Source: Octopus vulgaris (lineage: Eukaryota). From it: DNA of 64,000 nucleotides. This document shows positions 51,333 to 64,000 of the stretch, piece by piece. The stretch covers positions 32,488,001-32,552,000 of the forward strand of contig OX597825.1 in the NCBI GenBank assembly GCA_951406725.2, in the 5' to 3' direction. Position 1 is the first letter of the stretch. Every line of letters begins with the position of its first letter. The translations under genes and the position numbers were made by a program. The notes under the pieces are model-generated. The model was given only the letters and a program-made list of their open reading frames with translations. It was not told the origin of the DNA and searched no databases.

Positions 51333-52525
51333 ATACTTTTCCATATTTTTAGAGGTAGATTTATTGTGATACGACCAACGAACCTTTTCTGCACTAGATC
51401 TCACCTTCCGGAATCTACGGTTAACTTGATAGCGTTTGAAATGGAAACTAGCGAAGATAAAATGCCTAAAATCACGAAGAATATCTCACATCTCTTCACT
51501 AATCTACTAACAACCAAAGGATGGGATTTAATTATTCTTAAGATGCAAATGATTCAGTTAATCCCTTTATTTTACACTTGTAATAGTTTCAGTCAGTGGG
51601 TGCGGTCATGCTGGAGCATCAGCATGTCGGCTTACTCAAACACTTCGTTCCAAATGCTTATGTTAAGAATTGTTACTTATCCTAACGTTGTTCTTTTAGT
51701 CGAACGGCTAAGTTATGAGGACATAAGCAAACCAACACCGATTATCAAACAATGGGGTGGTACATCAGAACGATTCACACGCACACAAACACGTACAAAG
51801 CTTATACACAGTGTCCGTCTAACAGATCCACCCACACGCCATTGGTCATTTCGAAGCTATAGAAGAATACACTTGTCTAAGTTGGCGCACAGCGCGATTG
51901 AACTCGAAAGCTCGTGGTTGCGAAGCGAACTACGTAATCAGGCAGCCATAAAAGTCGGGTTCTGGGGAATTCGAAAATCGCTTCACCAATCATAAACCGA
52001 AGGACACAAACTACGAAAAAGTTCTGGTTTTCATGTATAAGAAAATTGTGGTTGAATACAGAATATTAAATGTAGAAGATTCTCGAGTGAATTGAAAAAC
52101 CGTTTTCCCGAAGAGAATTTCCTGCTTGTTTGGCAATCATGTTCTGGTGGATTTACATGATAAAGAGAAATGGAAATTGTGGCTTTAAAGCTTGGAAGGA
52201 AAGTGAAAGCAGCAGGTTATCTAGCAATCTTGAAGTTTGGTATGGATAAGAAATTATAGGAAAGGACAGGAGGGAGAGAATAAGAGAAAATGTAGACATA
52301 TCAAAAGAAAGGTGAGGATAGCACAATCGGATAAAATGTTGACTTTATCAAAGAAGATTTGAAGTGATAGAACGAATTGTGCATGGAATTAAATGTTCTG
52401 GACCTTAAAAGGAGATGCTGAAAACCAAAATCGAAGAACTAAAATTTAAGCTGTATAAATTTGTATATATTCAAAGCTAAAACGCTATGGTTAACGAGGT
52501 TCTGACATTGATTGCAAGAAATGTC

Positions 52526-54498
52526 GTTCTATCATTGTCAAGGAAGAAACAAGAAATATGAGAGAGACATCAAACGTATACCGGTTATACGAGGAGATAA
52601 GAGAAGAATAAACGACTTAATAAAGGAATTATATTTACAATAAAACTATATCCTCTCTGTAATTATGTGATATGGTAAGTACATATTACAGTTTACTACG
52701 CTGATGACGTGTAATAAGACCGAAACATAGACTGAGTTATCACTACATTTACTGAAGATCAGCCCCTTCTACATTGAATATTTTAACTTAATTCTTATAA
52801 CACGAATTAGTTTTAATTTAATTACGGATTAAATTTAAATTGCTTGAAAACTAATTTTGTTTTACCACACTAAGTTAGCTTGTATTTATGTAGATGGTCT
52901 ATCATTCTACTCCTTCGGTGTATATTTACAAGAACGAATGACAGAATCCAGAGTTAGTCCCATGCAAGTTTGTATAAGTATCTATTTTATGAGAAAGCAT
53001 TTAAGTATTTCCCAAATCTTAGGTAAACATCACAATGCTCTTACACAAGTTTGAGTCTTAAACAATCTTTAGTAAATAGAAGACAGTGTACAGACGTTCA
53101 TCTTACATTAGCTTGAATAAATATAAGAATAAATACTGATTGTATTATGTGATCTTATGTACTTATACAACAATATGCAGATGGTCTTATACAATCTTAT
53201 GTAAATATAATATAAAGCGTTGATGATCCCGTGCAATCTTAAGCAAATATCTGACGAGCAGAATCAAATATTACCAATAGAATTAAATAACATTAATTCA
53301 TAGTGTATACTGGTATCTTAAATAGGATAAGAATAAAACCATTATTTAATGGAAACCAGATTAACCCAGCCTATAATCCCTCAAGGAGTAGATTATAGAT
53401 ATGTCCAAGCAAGAATATCATTCATTTGTTGAGATCAGTTTTCAGCCCTATATTAAAAGCATTTCCGATGGGATTATCCGTAGATTAGGACTAAAAACGT
53501 TTGTTTTATATATGGCACAAGAATATGATTAGAGGAATATTCACTATATCACTGAACCGATCAAACAATCGGAGGTGTTTAAACACCACTGGTCGCAATG
53601 CGCTTCTTAGTATTGTTATTGCTTTCGAAAAATTGCAAGCTCGCTAGCTTGGTAGGCAGGCCAACTTTCCCCTTGAACGGAGCACCAGTCCAACGCAGGG
53701 TTAAACGTTTACAGCTGAGATGACTGGCGCTATCTGAAATGTAGTGCTTTGCTCAAAACACAACACACCGTCAGTCTGGAAATCGAAACCACAATCTTGC
53801 GATCGTAAGTGCAACACCTTAAACACTGAGCCACACGTCTTCACAGAGGGACTTTAAAGTCGTATGCTTTGGAACAGGCTGGACGAGTGCATAGCTGTTC
53901 TCTTGTTTGGAATTTCACTAAAAACGGTAGGAAATATTGAAAATCTAAACTATGAACGTCATTTTGCATAAAACGAATAGAGAGCAGACGTTATAGATAG
54001 CGAGGGAGATTGTAAAAGTTGGATGAAAGAGCAGAGAAAAATAATTTAGAGAAATACAATGAAATACAGAAGAAATGTAGAAGGCACATAGAAGTCAGTG
54101 TGAATGCAGAACAATATTGAAGAGATATTACAGTCCGGAATTACTCCAGAAGACTAATGTGTTTTAGAAGAACTGGGAAACACTATAATCTTAAAGATCT
54201 TAAAGTTCATAGCAGGCTAATAATAGTGTAATCACAACGACAATAATAATAATTTATAGCAGTGTGCTAGATGTCTATAAACGGTGAATATTACTTGAAA
54301 TATCCACACTTTTAGGAATAAAATATTCTTCAATCATAGATCAGACTAACAAATGACAGATTTTGTCTAAATTCCAATAATACCAACATAGATCAAAGTA
54401 AATTGACAAAGAGTATGAGAAATTTGAAAATTCTACACCACTGTCTGTCTACTTTTCTCTTTTCTCTGTCTCTCTTTCTTCTTATTATGTCTCATTAC

Positions 54499-54531
<33 letters not shown>

Positions 54532-54545
54532 ATATATATATATAT

Positions 54546-54580
<35 letters not shown>

Positions 54581-55330
54581 CTCTTACATATATACTCGCG
54601 CACACAACAAACACACATATCTAAGTACATTATTGCATTTGTATGCGTGTGTGATGTGGACGTGTATGAGGTTATGCATTTACCAGTCAAATAATTTAAT
54701 GGGAAATCATAATCAAGTGATGCTACGTACACTGTAGAACACTAATCTAATCTTTCTTCTGATGAGACAAATATACTTCACGGTTTCGATTCACAGTTGG
54801 ATGCACCATACTCCTCTATTTTGACGGCTAGAGTCTTTCAGAAAGACGCGGTCAACATCACACTATCAACGTTTTATGTATCTGCAATTTTCCAGCATCT
54901 TAAAAGAAACCCGTAACGATATCGGGTGCTGATTGAATGCCTAAGTCATACCTCGAGGTGAAATAGAAATACAGAATTCAAGAGCCCTCAATAAACTGTC
55001 CATGAATGTGTGACCGTTTACTAAACTAAGAATATTCAATATCATAATACTGGAATATAACCTCCAAAAAAGTAGCTACTATACTCATTTTTACAAAAGA
55101 GGTTCTGTCACTGTCAAGGTAAAAACTAGAAATATGGGAAAGCCATCAAATGCATACAGGTTATGCGAGGAGATAAGAGAAGTATAAATGGCCTAATAAT
55201 TGAATTTTCTTCACAATAAAACTAAATTCTCTCTGCAATTATGTGACGTAGTAGTACATATCCTAAACTTCGCTGATGACGTTTAATAAGATCGAAACAC
55301 AACTGGAGTAGTCACTGCATTTACTAAGAT
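52526..55330 (+). mobile_element. Old Penelope-like element: diverged direct repeats (52526-52759, 55102-55330), each with a CTGATGA...GAAAC hammerhead remnant
   Basis: The repeats align by eye over ~230 bp. Cores at 52701-52726 and 55273-55298. The intervening sequence is too decayed to translate confidently and contains later insertions. Confidence 0.5.
53670..53845 (-). mobile_element. tRNA-derived SINE (3232 family)
   Basis: Minus strand: GTGTGGCTCAGTG...GATCGCAAGATTGTGGTTTCGATTTCC...TTGAGCAAAGCACT. Confidence 0.8.
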
Positions 55331-55594
55331 AAGGCAGTGTCATCAGTTATTATGTACTAGAGTTCAATTTCTGAGGGAGAATAAAGCTGAACTCAGCAAG
55401 TCAATATGCTACTCGTGAATTTTACAGTATTCTCACTCCTTACCATGGTGAGCTGTTTCATTTTTGTTAATAACAACTCAAATACAGCTACGTTGATTGT
55501 ACTGTTGAGAAGAAAGTGTGACTATATGAGGAAGCTTTAAATAAGCAAACCCTCATTTTTTTAAATTACCAGTTCTGATTAAAAATAATAAAGG

Positions 55595-55890
55595 AGGAGT
55601 GTGGGGAAGCAAGAGGCCGGAACGGATGGTACAACTGCAGGTGCTGGCACGGTAATGCACCAGTTCCAGCGTTCAATCCTCAGAAGAACAGAGGTTGGTA
55701 AAAAACCCAAAATTACTATCTTCAGTTCAGTTTTTATGCCTATTCTCACCTCAGTCATGAATTTGACGTACTAACTGAAAAAATACGATCGCGAATACAA
55801 GCAGCTGAAATGGAATTCCTCCAAATGATTTCTGGAGTAAAATTTCTCTGCAGGGTGTGTAGCACAGATGTCAGATAGTCTACCTTTATC
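55595..55890 (+). pseudogene. RTE (Expander/Rex3-like) LINE fragment
   Basis: KITIFSSVFMPILT./HE...LTEKIRSRIQAAEMEFL..ISGV is a typical RTE thumb-region motif. Confidence 0.75.
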
Positions 55891-56062
55891 GAGACGCTAC
55901 TGTAGCGATGAGATTTAGCTGAAGTCCAATATATAATGTGTTTTTAACACAAAATGTATAAGGAAGGGATTTTCTTTCAGACAAAACAATATCATGCCCT
56001 TCAATGATGTATATATATTCTGTATAATACACAGACAGCGATATTGAGATAGTGTCTGATAA

Positions 56063-58325
56063 CACTGGTCAACAAAATGAAACTTTTTTTAATCATCAGA
56101 GTTGCTGATTAATTTTCTGGGTTAATTTTTGATGCTGATTACGAATCTGAAATCCAATTTCCTCTGTCAGGTCACATTTTCATGTTAATGATACCTGCTA
56201 TTTTAACTTATAGGATATGTAAAGCATATAAATTATAGTGAACACAAGATACGATAATTAGGGTTAGGGTTAGGGCTTTTATTTGCACAAAAATTAAAAT
56301 TATTGTGTACAAATAAGTTAGAATGCACTCAAATGCATAACAACTTAAACTCTTTGGGATTTGGATTTTCTATGGTGTTTTATCTCAGGTTCATCCCTGT
56401 ATAACAGTAGTCAACTAACATTCCTGCATTCCAAAATCCTTGATATCGTTGTTCCATCGATGCGATATCTTGATGAAAGCGTTCCCCTTGCTCATCAGAC
56501 ACTACTTCAAGGTTCTATGCAAAAAAAGTCCAGATGTGAATCAAGGAAATGGACTTTTAATGACATCCGACAGTCCATTGCAGCGTAGGAGTCTAGAAGA
56601 CTTTTCACTCCATTTCTATACTATGGAGATCTCTTGTTGCCTAGGAAATTTTCACAGAGCCATTTGAAGGATTCCCAGACTTTAAGTTCAGTCTTATCCA
56701 GTGCTGTGAGGAAGTGGTTGTCCTTCAGGTGTTCTTTCATCTGCGAACCTATGAATACGTCCTCCTTCAGTTTTGCTTCGTTGATTTTTGGAAATTTGGC
56801 CTTCACGTATTCAAAACCTTTTGAACTTTTCCTGGCAAGTGTCTTCACAAATTGTTTTATGAGACCAAGCTTTATGTGAAGAGGGGGAAGAAGAACATTT
56901 TCTAGTCTTAAAAGTGGCTTACTTTGGACGCTAGAAACTCCCGGCTCATATGATTCTCGCAAAGGCCACTCTGATCGCACATAGTGCTTGTTTGTTGCCC
57001 TAGTGTCCCATAGGCATAAAAAGCAACAATATTTCGTGAACCCAGATTGCATTCCCATCAACATTCCAATCACTTTCAAGTCTCCACATATTTTCCAGCT
57101 GCAGTTTGTATACTTCATAGCATTGAGGAGTACTTGCATGTTTTCATAACACTCTTTCATGTGCATTGAATGTCCTATGGGATTGGATGGTTTCTTATTG
57201 CCGTTGTGTAGTAGTATTGTCTTGAGGTTTCTCTTAGATGAATCAATGAATAAGCGCCATTCAGCTGGAACATGCTCTTGAAACAAACAGCGAAATAACT
57301 CATCAGTGTTATTACTGAAACAAAGTGGTCCATCAACAGAGAAGCATGAAGTCAGATCCCTATTTCTCTTCCTGAAATGAGTAATACAAACATTTTTCTT
57401 AAGCAGACACTTTTCTTGTAGGCGGGATGCTAATAGTTCAGCTTTATCCTTTGACAATGACAAGTCTCTAAGTAAATCGTTCAACTCTTGAGAAAATTTC
57501 TGTGGTATGTCTTCATTTTCAATCGTGAAATCTGCATCCACTTTGGTGTCTTCCACAGCCGTAGTATTTTCTTCAGGAAATACATCTTCGTCAGACATCT
57601 GAAGGCCATTTTCTGGTGGTATTGGAATAGGAAGATCATCATCGTTGTGTGGTACTGGTCTTCTTGCTGATTCCAAGTTGGCATACACAATCTTATGCTT
57701 GGTCTTTACAGTAAACCCACATACATTAACGTTGCAGATATAACAGTCCATGAAATGATCCTTTGGCTTTCTCCATAGCATAGGTATTGCAAACGGCATT
57801 GCTCTCTTCCTCTTATTTAGCCAATCCCTTAGTCCATTTGAAAGCTGAGCAGATGATGTACGGGGCCCAACTCCTATCTCGATCCCCGAGAGAGCACCCA
57901 AAGTATAACTGGTAGGTCTTGATTTCAGTTGTGATGGCATGTTGCTGAGCTTTGGTGGTAAATGAACCACGGACATGACAAAATATATCAGGACTGTTCT
58001 TGCAACGCCTTGACATTCTGAGTAGAATTTAATGATGATGATGATGATGATGATGACTTGGCACCTTAAACAGAAAGTAAAATTTATGAAAAGAAAAGAT
58101 TATGAATAGAAAATTAATACAAACAGTTATTTAAAAAATCCGAATTTACCTGTATAAGACGTTTATGTGTAGCGACACTGCTGATGGGAGTTATATACCT
58201 CTCTTATCTCATCAGAAAAACTGTGCCTGATAGAACGAAACCGATTACATTTTTGAAATCTATGGACAAAACTACATATAAAACACCTTATAATATCCCT
58301 GATGAAAATTGGTTGTCGCCCAGTG
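56063..58325 (-). mobile_element. Full-length Chapaev3-type DNA transposon (CMC group)
   Basis: Termini CACTGG.C.ACAA / TTGTCGCCCAGTG with 3-bp TAA TSD (56060-56062, 58326-58328); encloses the transposase. Confidence 0.88.
56345..58016 (-). pseudogene. Chapaev3-type DDE transposase, frameshifted near 57840 and 56625
   Basis: N-terminal C.NSPD.FC..YFG..LGD.D.SWAP (57813-58016). The main ORF has WR.P..H..DCY.C, WRLFIDSS, ICGDLKV, TKYCCFLC.WD and LPPLHIKLGL. C-terminal MSLKVHFL.SHLD and SDEQGERFHQD. Confidence 0.88.
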
Positions 58326-59201
58326 TAATTTGGGAACACACTAAGTCAAATATCCACAGCCTCAAAGTTAGACAGCTTTGTTTATATGCAATAGCGGTTT
58401 TATTTTTGGCTTCGTGGAGACCTAGGTTCCACATACGTAGTACAGGTGGTTCGTGAGCTGCATTGAAATTTCTGTAAGGTTTCTGATGCAGTGTGAATTT
58501 TCTAACTCTACTACATACAGTTACTAAACGACAAAGGTACCTTCCAATTGCGAGTTAAAACTAGTAAAACAATTTTGTCATTAGTAACTAAAATTGATTT
58601 ATTCAGTTGACAAATCATTCAAAGATCGTGGGGCTCGTGTGTAAATTCCTTTACCGAAAAGGAGTTCAATGTCGCAAAAAAGACTGGGGACCTCTCATGT
58701 AGGATTTAACTTGAATTGGATCTGGCATCATTATTCCTGACACTGGGTTGCCCTCTATCAATAACAACGTGGACGAGAGCTTATCTAATGCGCAAACCTT
58801 AATGGAGGTGAACGATCAAGATACAGCATTTCATCCCCGGAATATGATTTCGCGTTTGTTGCCGCCTTTAGCTAGGAGAGAATTTGACATTAATGATGCA
58901 TGAGCCCAACAATGAAATAAATGAAGAAACAAAACAAAAAAATAAATAAATACACAATCTCTCTGGCGTTAATTTTTGCTACGTTCTTGTAAAATATCTT
59001 CAGCTAGTTAGAGGCCATTGAGAGCCAATTATCTTTGGCATGAAACCCGCCGCATTGCCAGAGAAAAAGAAGCGAATGACGCTCCTCAGCTCGTCTGGAT
59101 ATTAACAACCTGACTTTGACATCTGCGGCTTTAAATGGCAGCAGCAGCAACAACAAAACCACTATCAACAACAACAAAAGTAATAAAAAGAGTAAAAATT
59201 A

Positions 59202-59287
<86 letters not shown>

Positions 59288-59558
59288 TAATAATATTAAT
59301 AATAATAAGGAAAATGGGGAAAGATGATGTCTATTAAGGGTGACTGTTGCTTCAAGAAGCAATAGTTTTAGGAAAAGACAATTTTTCAATCACAGATCAG
59401 TCTATCAATTAATAGATTCCTGTCTCACCTCGATCGCTAACCACATAGATCACGTTAATAGAATATGACAAAAAGTGAATTAATTTTGTTGTATCTATGC
59501 ATGCATGTATGTATATAGGTATGTTTGTATGCGTATATATATAATATAATATAATATA

Positions 59559-59630
<72 letters not shown>

Positions 59631-59686
59631 AGAGAGAATACCAAGATAAACACGTAGAATATATGCATGTATGTATATATATACAT

Positions 59687-59731
<45 letters not shown>

Positions 59732-59945
59732 TGCATATGTACATATATGTATGTATGTATGTATGTATGTATATATATAGAAATATACTTACATACGTAA
59801 GGGATAGTGGGGATATATTATGCGTTAAAATTTTGAAAGTGAAACTATTGATAACCAAGATAAAAGAATATATATATGAATTTATGTATATATAAATATA
59901 TGTTCATATAATTGAAAATTTTCGCGAATAAATACATACATACAC

Positions 59946-59993
<48 letters not shown>

Positions 59994-60269
59994 CTTCGCT
60001 AAAATTTTCAATTATCACAGTGAAAGCTGCAGGCTATAGAGTATTGGTGAGACAAAAAAGGGGGACGGTATGTTGTGTTCATAAAAGAAAATTCGTCGAG
60101 AACACCAACCATACACATACACACACACACGCACACACACATATATATGCATATGTTGAACTGTGTAAAGCGAAGAAAGATGAAAGACGAATATTTCAAA
60201 ACAGATGAAGATTTCTTTTAAAGGTTGTTTTGTTTTAAGTGTTAAGCTGCTGCCGCTCCAATCCGACAT

Positions 60270-61177
60270 CGACCACCACCACTACCATCACCATCACCAC
60301 AACCACAACCACCACCACTACAACGACCACCTCCACCACAACCACCACCACCTCCACAACCACAACCACAACCACTACAACCACCACCTCCACCACCTCC
60401 ACCACCACCACCTCCACCACCATCACCACGACCACAACCACCACCACTACAACCACTACAACCACCACAACCACCACTATGCAGAAGTGCTACACGTCCA
60501 ACGCTGAATAGGTGGTTGTCGTCGCCGTCATCATCATCATAATTACTATCATCATCATCAACACTACTTTCACACGCACCACCACCACTCCATATCTTTT
60601 TTTTCTTTTATCTTCCTCCTCCTTGATGATCATCACCATCATCATCATTATATCATCATCATCATCGGCACATAATCATAGTCGATATCATTATGCCTTT
60701 TCTCGTCCTTCATTTCTCCCACTTTCTCTTCTTCATCATCATCATCACCATCATCATCTTCATTACTATTTGTGCATTATCATCACCGTCATCATCATCA
60801 CTATTAGCACATCAATCATCAATATTACCAGCATCTTCCTCCACCTCCTCCTCCTCCTCATCATCATCATCCTCATTACCACCAACCACCAGCAGCACAG
60901 CCACCATCAACTGCAGCAACCTCACCCTCCTCATCATCATCATCGTCATCATCCTTGTCGTCGTCGTCATCATCATCGTCGTCGTCATCATCATTGTCCT
61001 CATCCTTGTCGTCGTCGTCATCATCATCATCATCATCATCATTACCACCAACCACCAGCAGCACAGCCACCATCAAAAGCAGCAACCTCATCCTCCTCCT
61101 CCACTTCATCATCATCATCATCGTCATCATCATCATCGTCGTCATCATCATTGTCGTCATCGTCGTCGTCGTCGTCG

Positions 61178-61215
<38 letters not shown>

Positions 61216-61260
61216 GTGATTATCGTCGTTGTCGTCGTTGTCATCGTGAGCACCAGCAGC
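60270..61260. repeat. Compound (CAC/CAA)n and (CAT/CGT)n trinucleotide repeats with an internal duplication
   Basis: ATTACCACCAACCACCAGCAGCACAGCCACCATCA occurs at ~60875 and ~61041. Confidence 0.92.
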
Positions 61261-61686
61261 AACGATAGAAACACAGCAAGTTTTGTTTGTTGAAATCAAC
61301 AGCGTACATTTCTTCAACTGGGTCCTCATAATATCGTCGCCGTGATTATTGCTGTTGTTATTGTTGTGGTGGTAGTTTTAGGTGCTTTCTTGTTGCCTTT
61401 TATGAAATGGAAACTATTTTCCGTGCAGTAATTTCGAATTTCTTTGACGTGTTATACAATTCTAAAAAGAAAGAAGACGAACGGAAAATTTTACTTTTGT
61501 ATGAAAAGCCATCAGCAAGAATGAAGGAAATAAGATAGAATTATAGAAAGATATGGAAAGAAGGAAAAACAGAACGAAACGAACATGATCAGAGTGAAAG
61601 ATAGGAATCCATAATTCACACACACACGCACTCACACGTACATAGACACACACACTCATGCACAAACAATTACACGGGTATGTATG

Positions 61687-61756
<70 letters not shown>

Positions 61757-62653
61757 ACATGTGTGTGTGCGTGGATATATGATGGAAAATGGAATGAAAG
61801 GCATTCTTTATGTAAAATTCACTACAATTGTTTCGGCACATTTGCACACTCGTGGTACATTGGTGAGGTGTTGTGGAATCATTATCATCCATCTAAGCTG
61901 TAAAATATACCCCTTCAGGTAATTGCTTAAATAAGTACCTCATTAGATCTCTTTATTTCACCCAATTAGAGAATGCATACCCAAAGCAGTGTTATTTTCA
62001 GCAGTTTACAGGCAAGATATAGTGACAGACAAAATGCAATTATAATCAAAATACAAAATACAGAAATAGAGGAATAATCAAAACCAAGAAGAAAAAAAGG
62101 CTAGAAAAAGGCTTAGGTTGACTATGAATTACAATTCTATCTTTATGGTTAGATTATAAGGAAGAAAGTGCAAAACAGAATGAAGAATAAAAATAAGCGT
62201 TTAAAGACAATAAGGCGATGAAGTGATGAAGACTGACCCATTCTGTACTTATCACCTATTTCCTTGTTTCTGTGAAGAATCTGAATTACCCTCTGTCTTT
62301 CACGACAAAACAACTGGCTTCATTCCACATCAGAATCAGCCTGTATTCCAAATTAATTTAGTATCGTCTAGCTTTATATCCTTTTCTGAAACAATTAGAA
62401 AAATTAGTAGGTATTTTCACCTCCCCACTCCAGTATACATATACATTCTTTTATATACTCACCTATAAGGTAGTGTATATACCTATTTATAGATGCACCA
62501 CACAGAATCGTTTTTACATATATTCTTACTATTTTTACTGCTTATATCAATATCAATATACGTTGGGTTGGCAGTCTAACCCACATACAAAGTAATGTTT
62601 ATATTTTTTATATGTGTATATTTTTATATGTGTGTATTTTTTACATGAGTATA

Positions 62654-62729
<76 letters not shown>

Positions 62730-62904
62730 AATCAAAATAAGCAAAAAGGATATCCAGAGGTAATGAAGTACGATCATTTCATGCAACTCCATTTAATTTA
62801 ACAATGCAATCATTGATGTAATGATTGCATTGTTCAATTAAATGGAGTTGCATGAAACGATCGTACTGCATTACCTTTGGATATCCTTGCTGCTTATTTT
62901 GATT
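62730..62904. repeat. Near-perfect ~85-bp-arm palindrome with 5-nt loop inside a microsatellite-bounded element
   Basis: AATCAAAATAAGCA...CAATGCAATCATT gatgt AATGATTGCATTG...TGCTTATTTTGATT. Confidence 0.9.
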
Positions 62905-63002
62905 TTAATCACATTATTTTGAAATTGTATGGATAATACCGTACTAAATTCTGGTGCCTCAACTTAAGTACCATATTCATCTGAATCTAAATTTTTGTTG
63001 AA

Positions 63003-63058
<56 letters not shown>

Positions 63059-63144
63059 CAACCAATTAAAATATTCCCACAAACCGCATCCACATTCAAC
63101 AATAATGAAAAATCTGATGTTGGCAACTTCATCTGCTGACCAAC

Positions 63145-63535
63145 ATGAAAATCAAAGTGCTGCAGAGGAACTGGGGAAGCAAAAAAATTAAACAGAACCC
63201 AAAAGTGTTCTATTCATGTGCAAATAAGTATAAGACCGTTGTCCCAGCCGCTGGTCCACTGATCAATGATAATGGCATTCTCCAACATGATGCTAAAGAA
63301 AAGGCAGAAGTACTGCAGAAACAAAACTGCTCTGTCTTTAGCAATCACACTAATATTGACGTAAGGGATGTGAACGAAGTCGATCCTTAACATATAATCA
63401 CGGACGAAACCTTTACTGCCTCAGAAATCATGGCAGCAATAAATGAGATCTAATACTATTCTACTGTGGGCCCTGATAGATTCCCAACTAGTCACAAGAA
63501 GGAACGTAGACACTAATTTGCAGTCCTACTGACCA
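63145..63535 (+). pseudogene. CR1/L2-group LINE fragment (linker upstream of RT)
   Basis: IKQNPKVFYS, GPLI..NG....D..KAEVL..Q..SVF and EIMAAINE....VGPDRFP. Confidence 0.7.
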
Positions 63536-63601
63536 ACCTCTATATATATATTCACAAACAGACAGGCAGAGAGATAGATAAATAGACAGACAGACATATA
63601 G

Positions 63602-63675
<74 letters not shown>

Positions 63676-64000
63676 GTTTACCCGGTTGGTCACACATATA
63701 AGAAATTCATCTGAAAAGACCAAATCTAGTGGAAGAAAAGAAACAAAACTATATAACCGAAAGAGACGTAAATTCCCTTTCATCGAATGTCTTCTAGAAT
63801 TCATCGCGACGCCTTAGGACAGGATCGCTTCCACCGAATATTGTCAGTAAGGAGTGGGACAGAAAGTACTGCAACTTCAGAATGCGACAGTGGAAATATG
63901 ATTTATAGGATAAGAAAATTGTGTTTTCGAACGAGATGACAGAGAAAAAAAAAAAAAAAAAGGGAATTTTTTTCATATAGAGTAAAGTAAAAGAAACCAA

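Noticed and set aside
51366-51995. 209-aa ORF
   Set aside because: The second half is a decayed minus-strand SINE; chance open frame.
54759-54800. CTGATGAGAC as a hammerhead core (also CTGATGA at ~51206 and ~58299)
   Set aside because: No correctly placed GAAA or stems; the other two lie in a SINE and a Chapaev end.
60205-61329. His-, Thr-, Ser- and Asp-rich ORFs up to 235 aa
   Set aside because: Trinucleotide repeats open in nearly all frames; no domain.

Overview
Eukaryotic, AT-rich, microsatellite-dense genomic DNA. The SINE and LINE families suggest an Octopus species (inference). I found no host protein-coding gene, rRNA, true tRNA or CRISPR array, and most ORFs in the supplied track are microsatellite translations. 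The window looks like an intron or gene desert filled with mobile DNA: a head-to-tail stack of R4/Dong-clade retrotransposons in (TAA)n, an RTE LINE ending in three C2H2 zinc fingers, decayed Tx1/L1, CR1-like and Penelope-like elements, two mariners, two Chapaev3-type DNA transposons, a non-autonomous Helitron and many tRNA-derived SINEs. The most striking signal is a set of hammerhead ribozyme (HHR)-like motifs in non-coding repeats sitting in (TA)n. The best case is a young retrozyme-like element (two 262-bp direct repeats, 767 bp apart, 18768-19796) in which each repeat carries a hammerhead core in non-circularly permuted order. Others include a minimal HHR with a compensatory G3-C8 core swap, A6C variants with covarying stem II, and foldback elements with HHRs in their arms. 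All ribozyme calls come from manual pairing and need covariance-model and cleavage tests.
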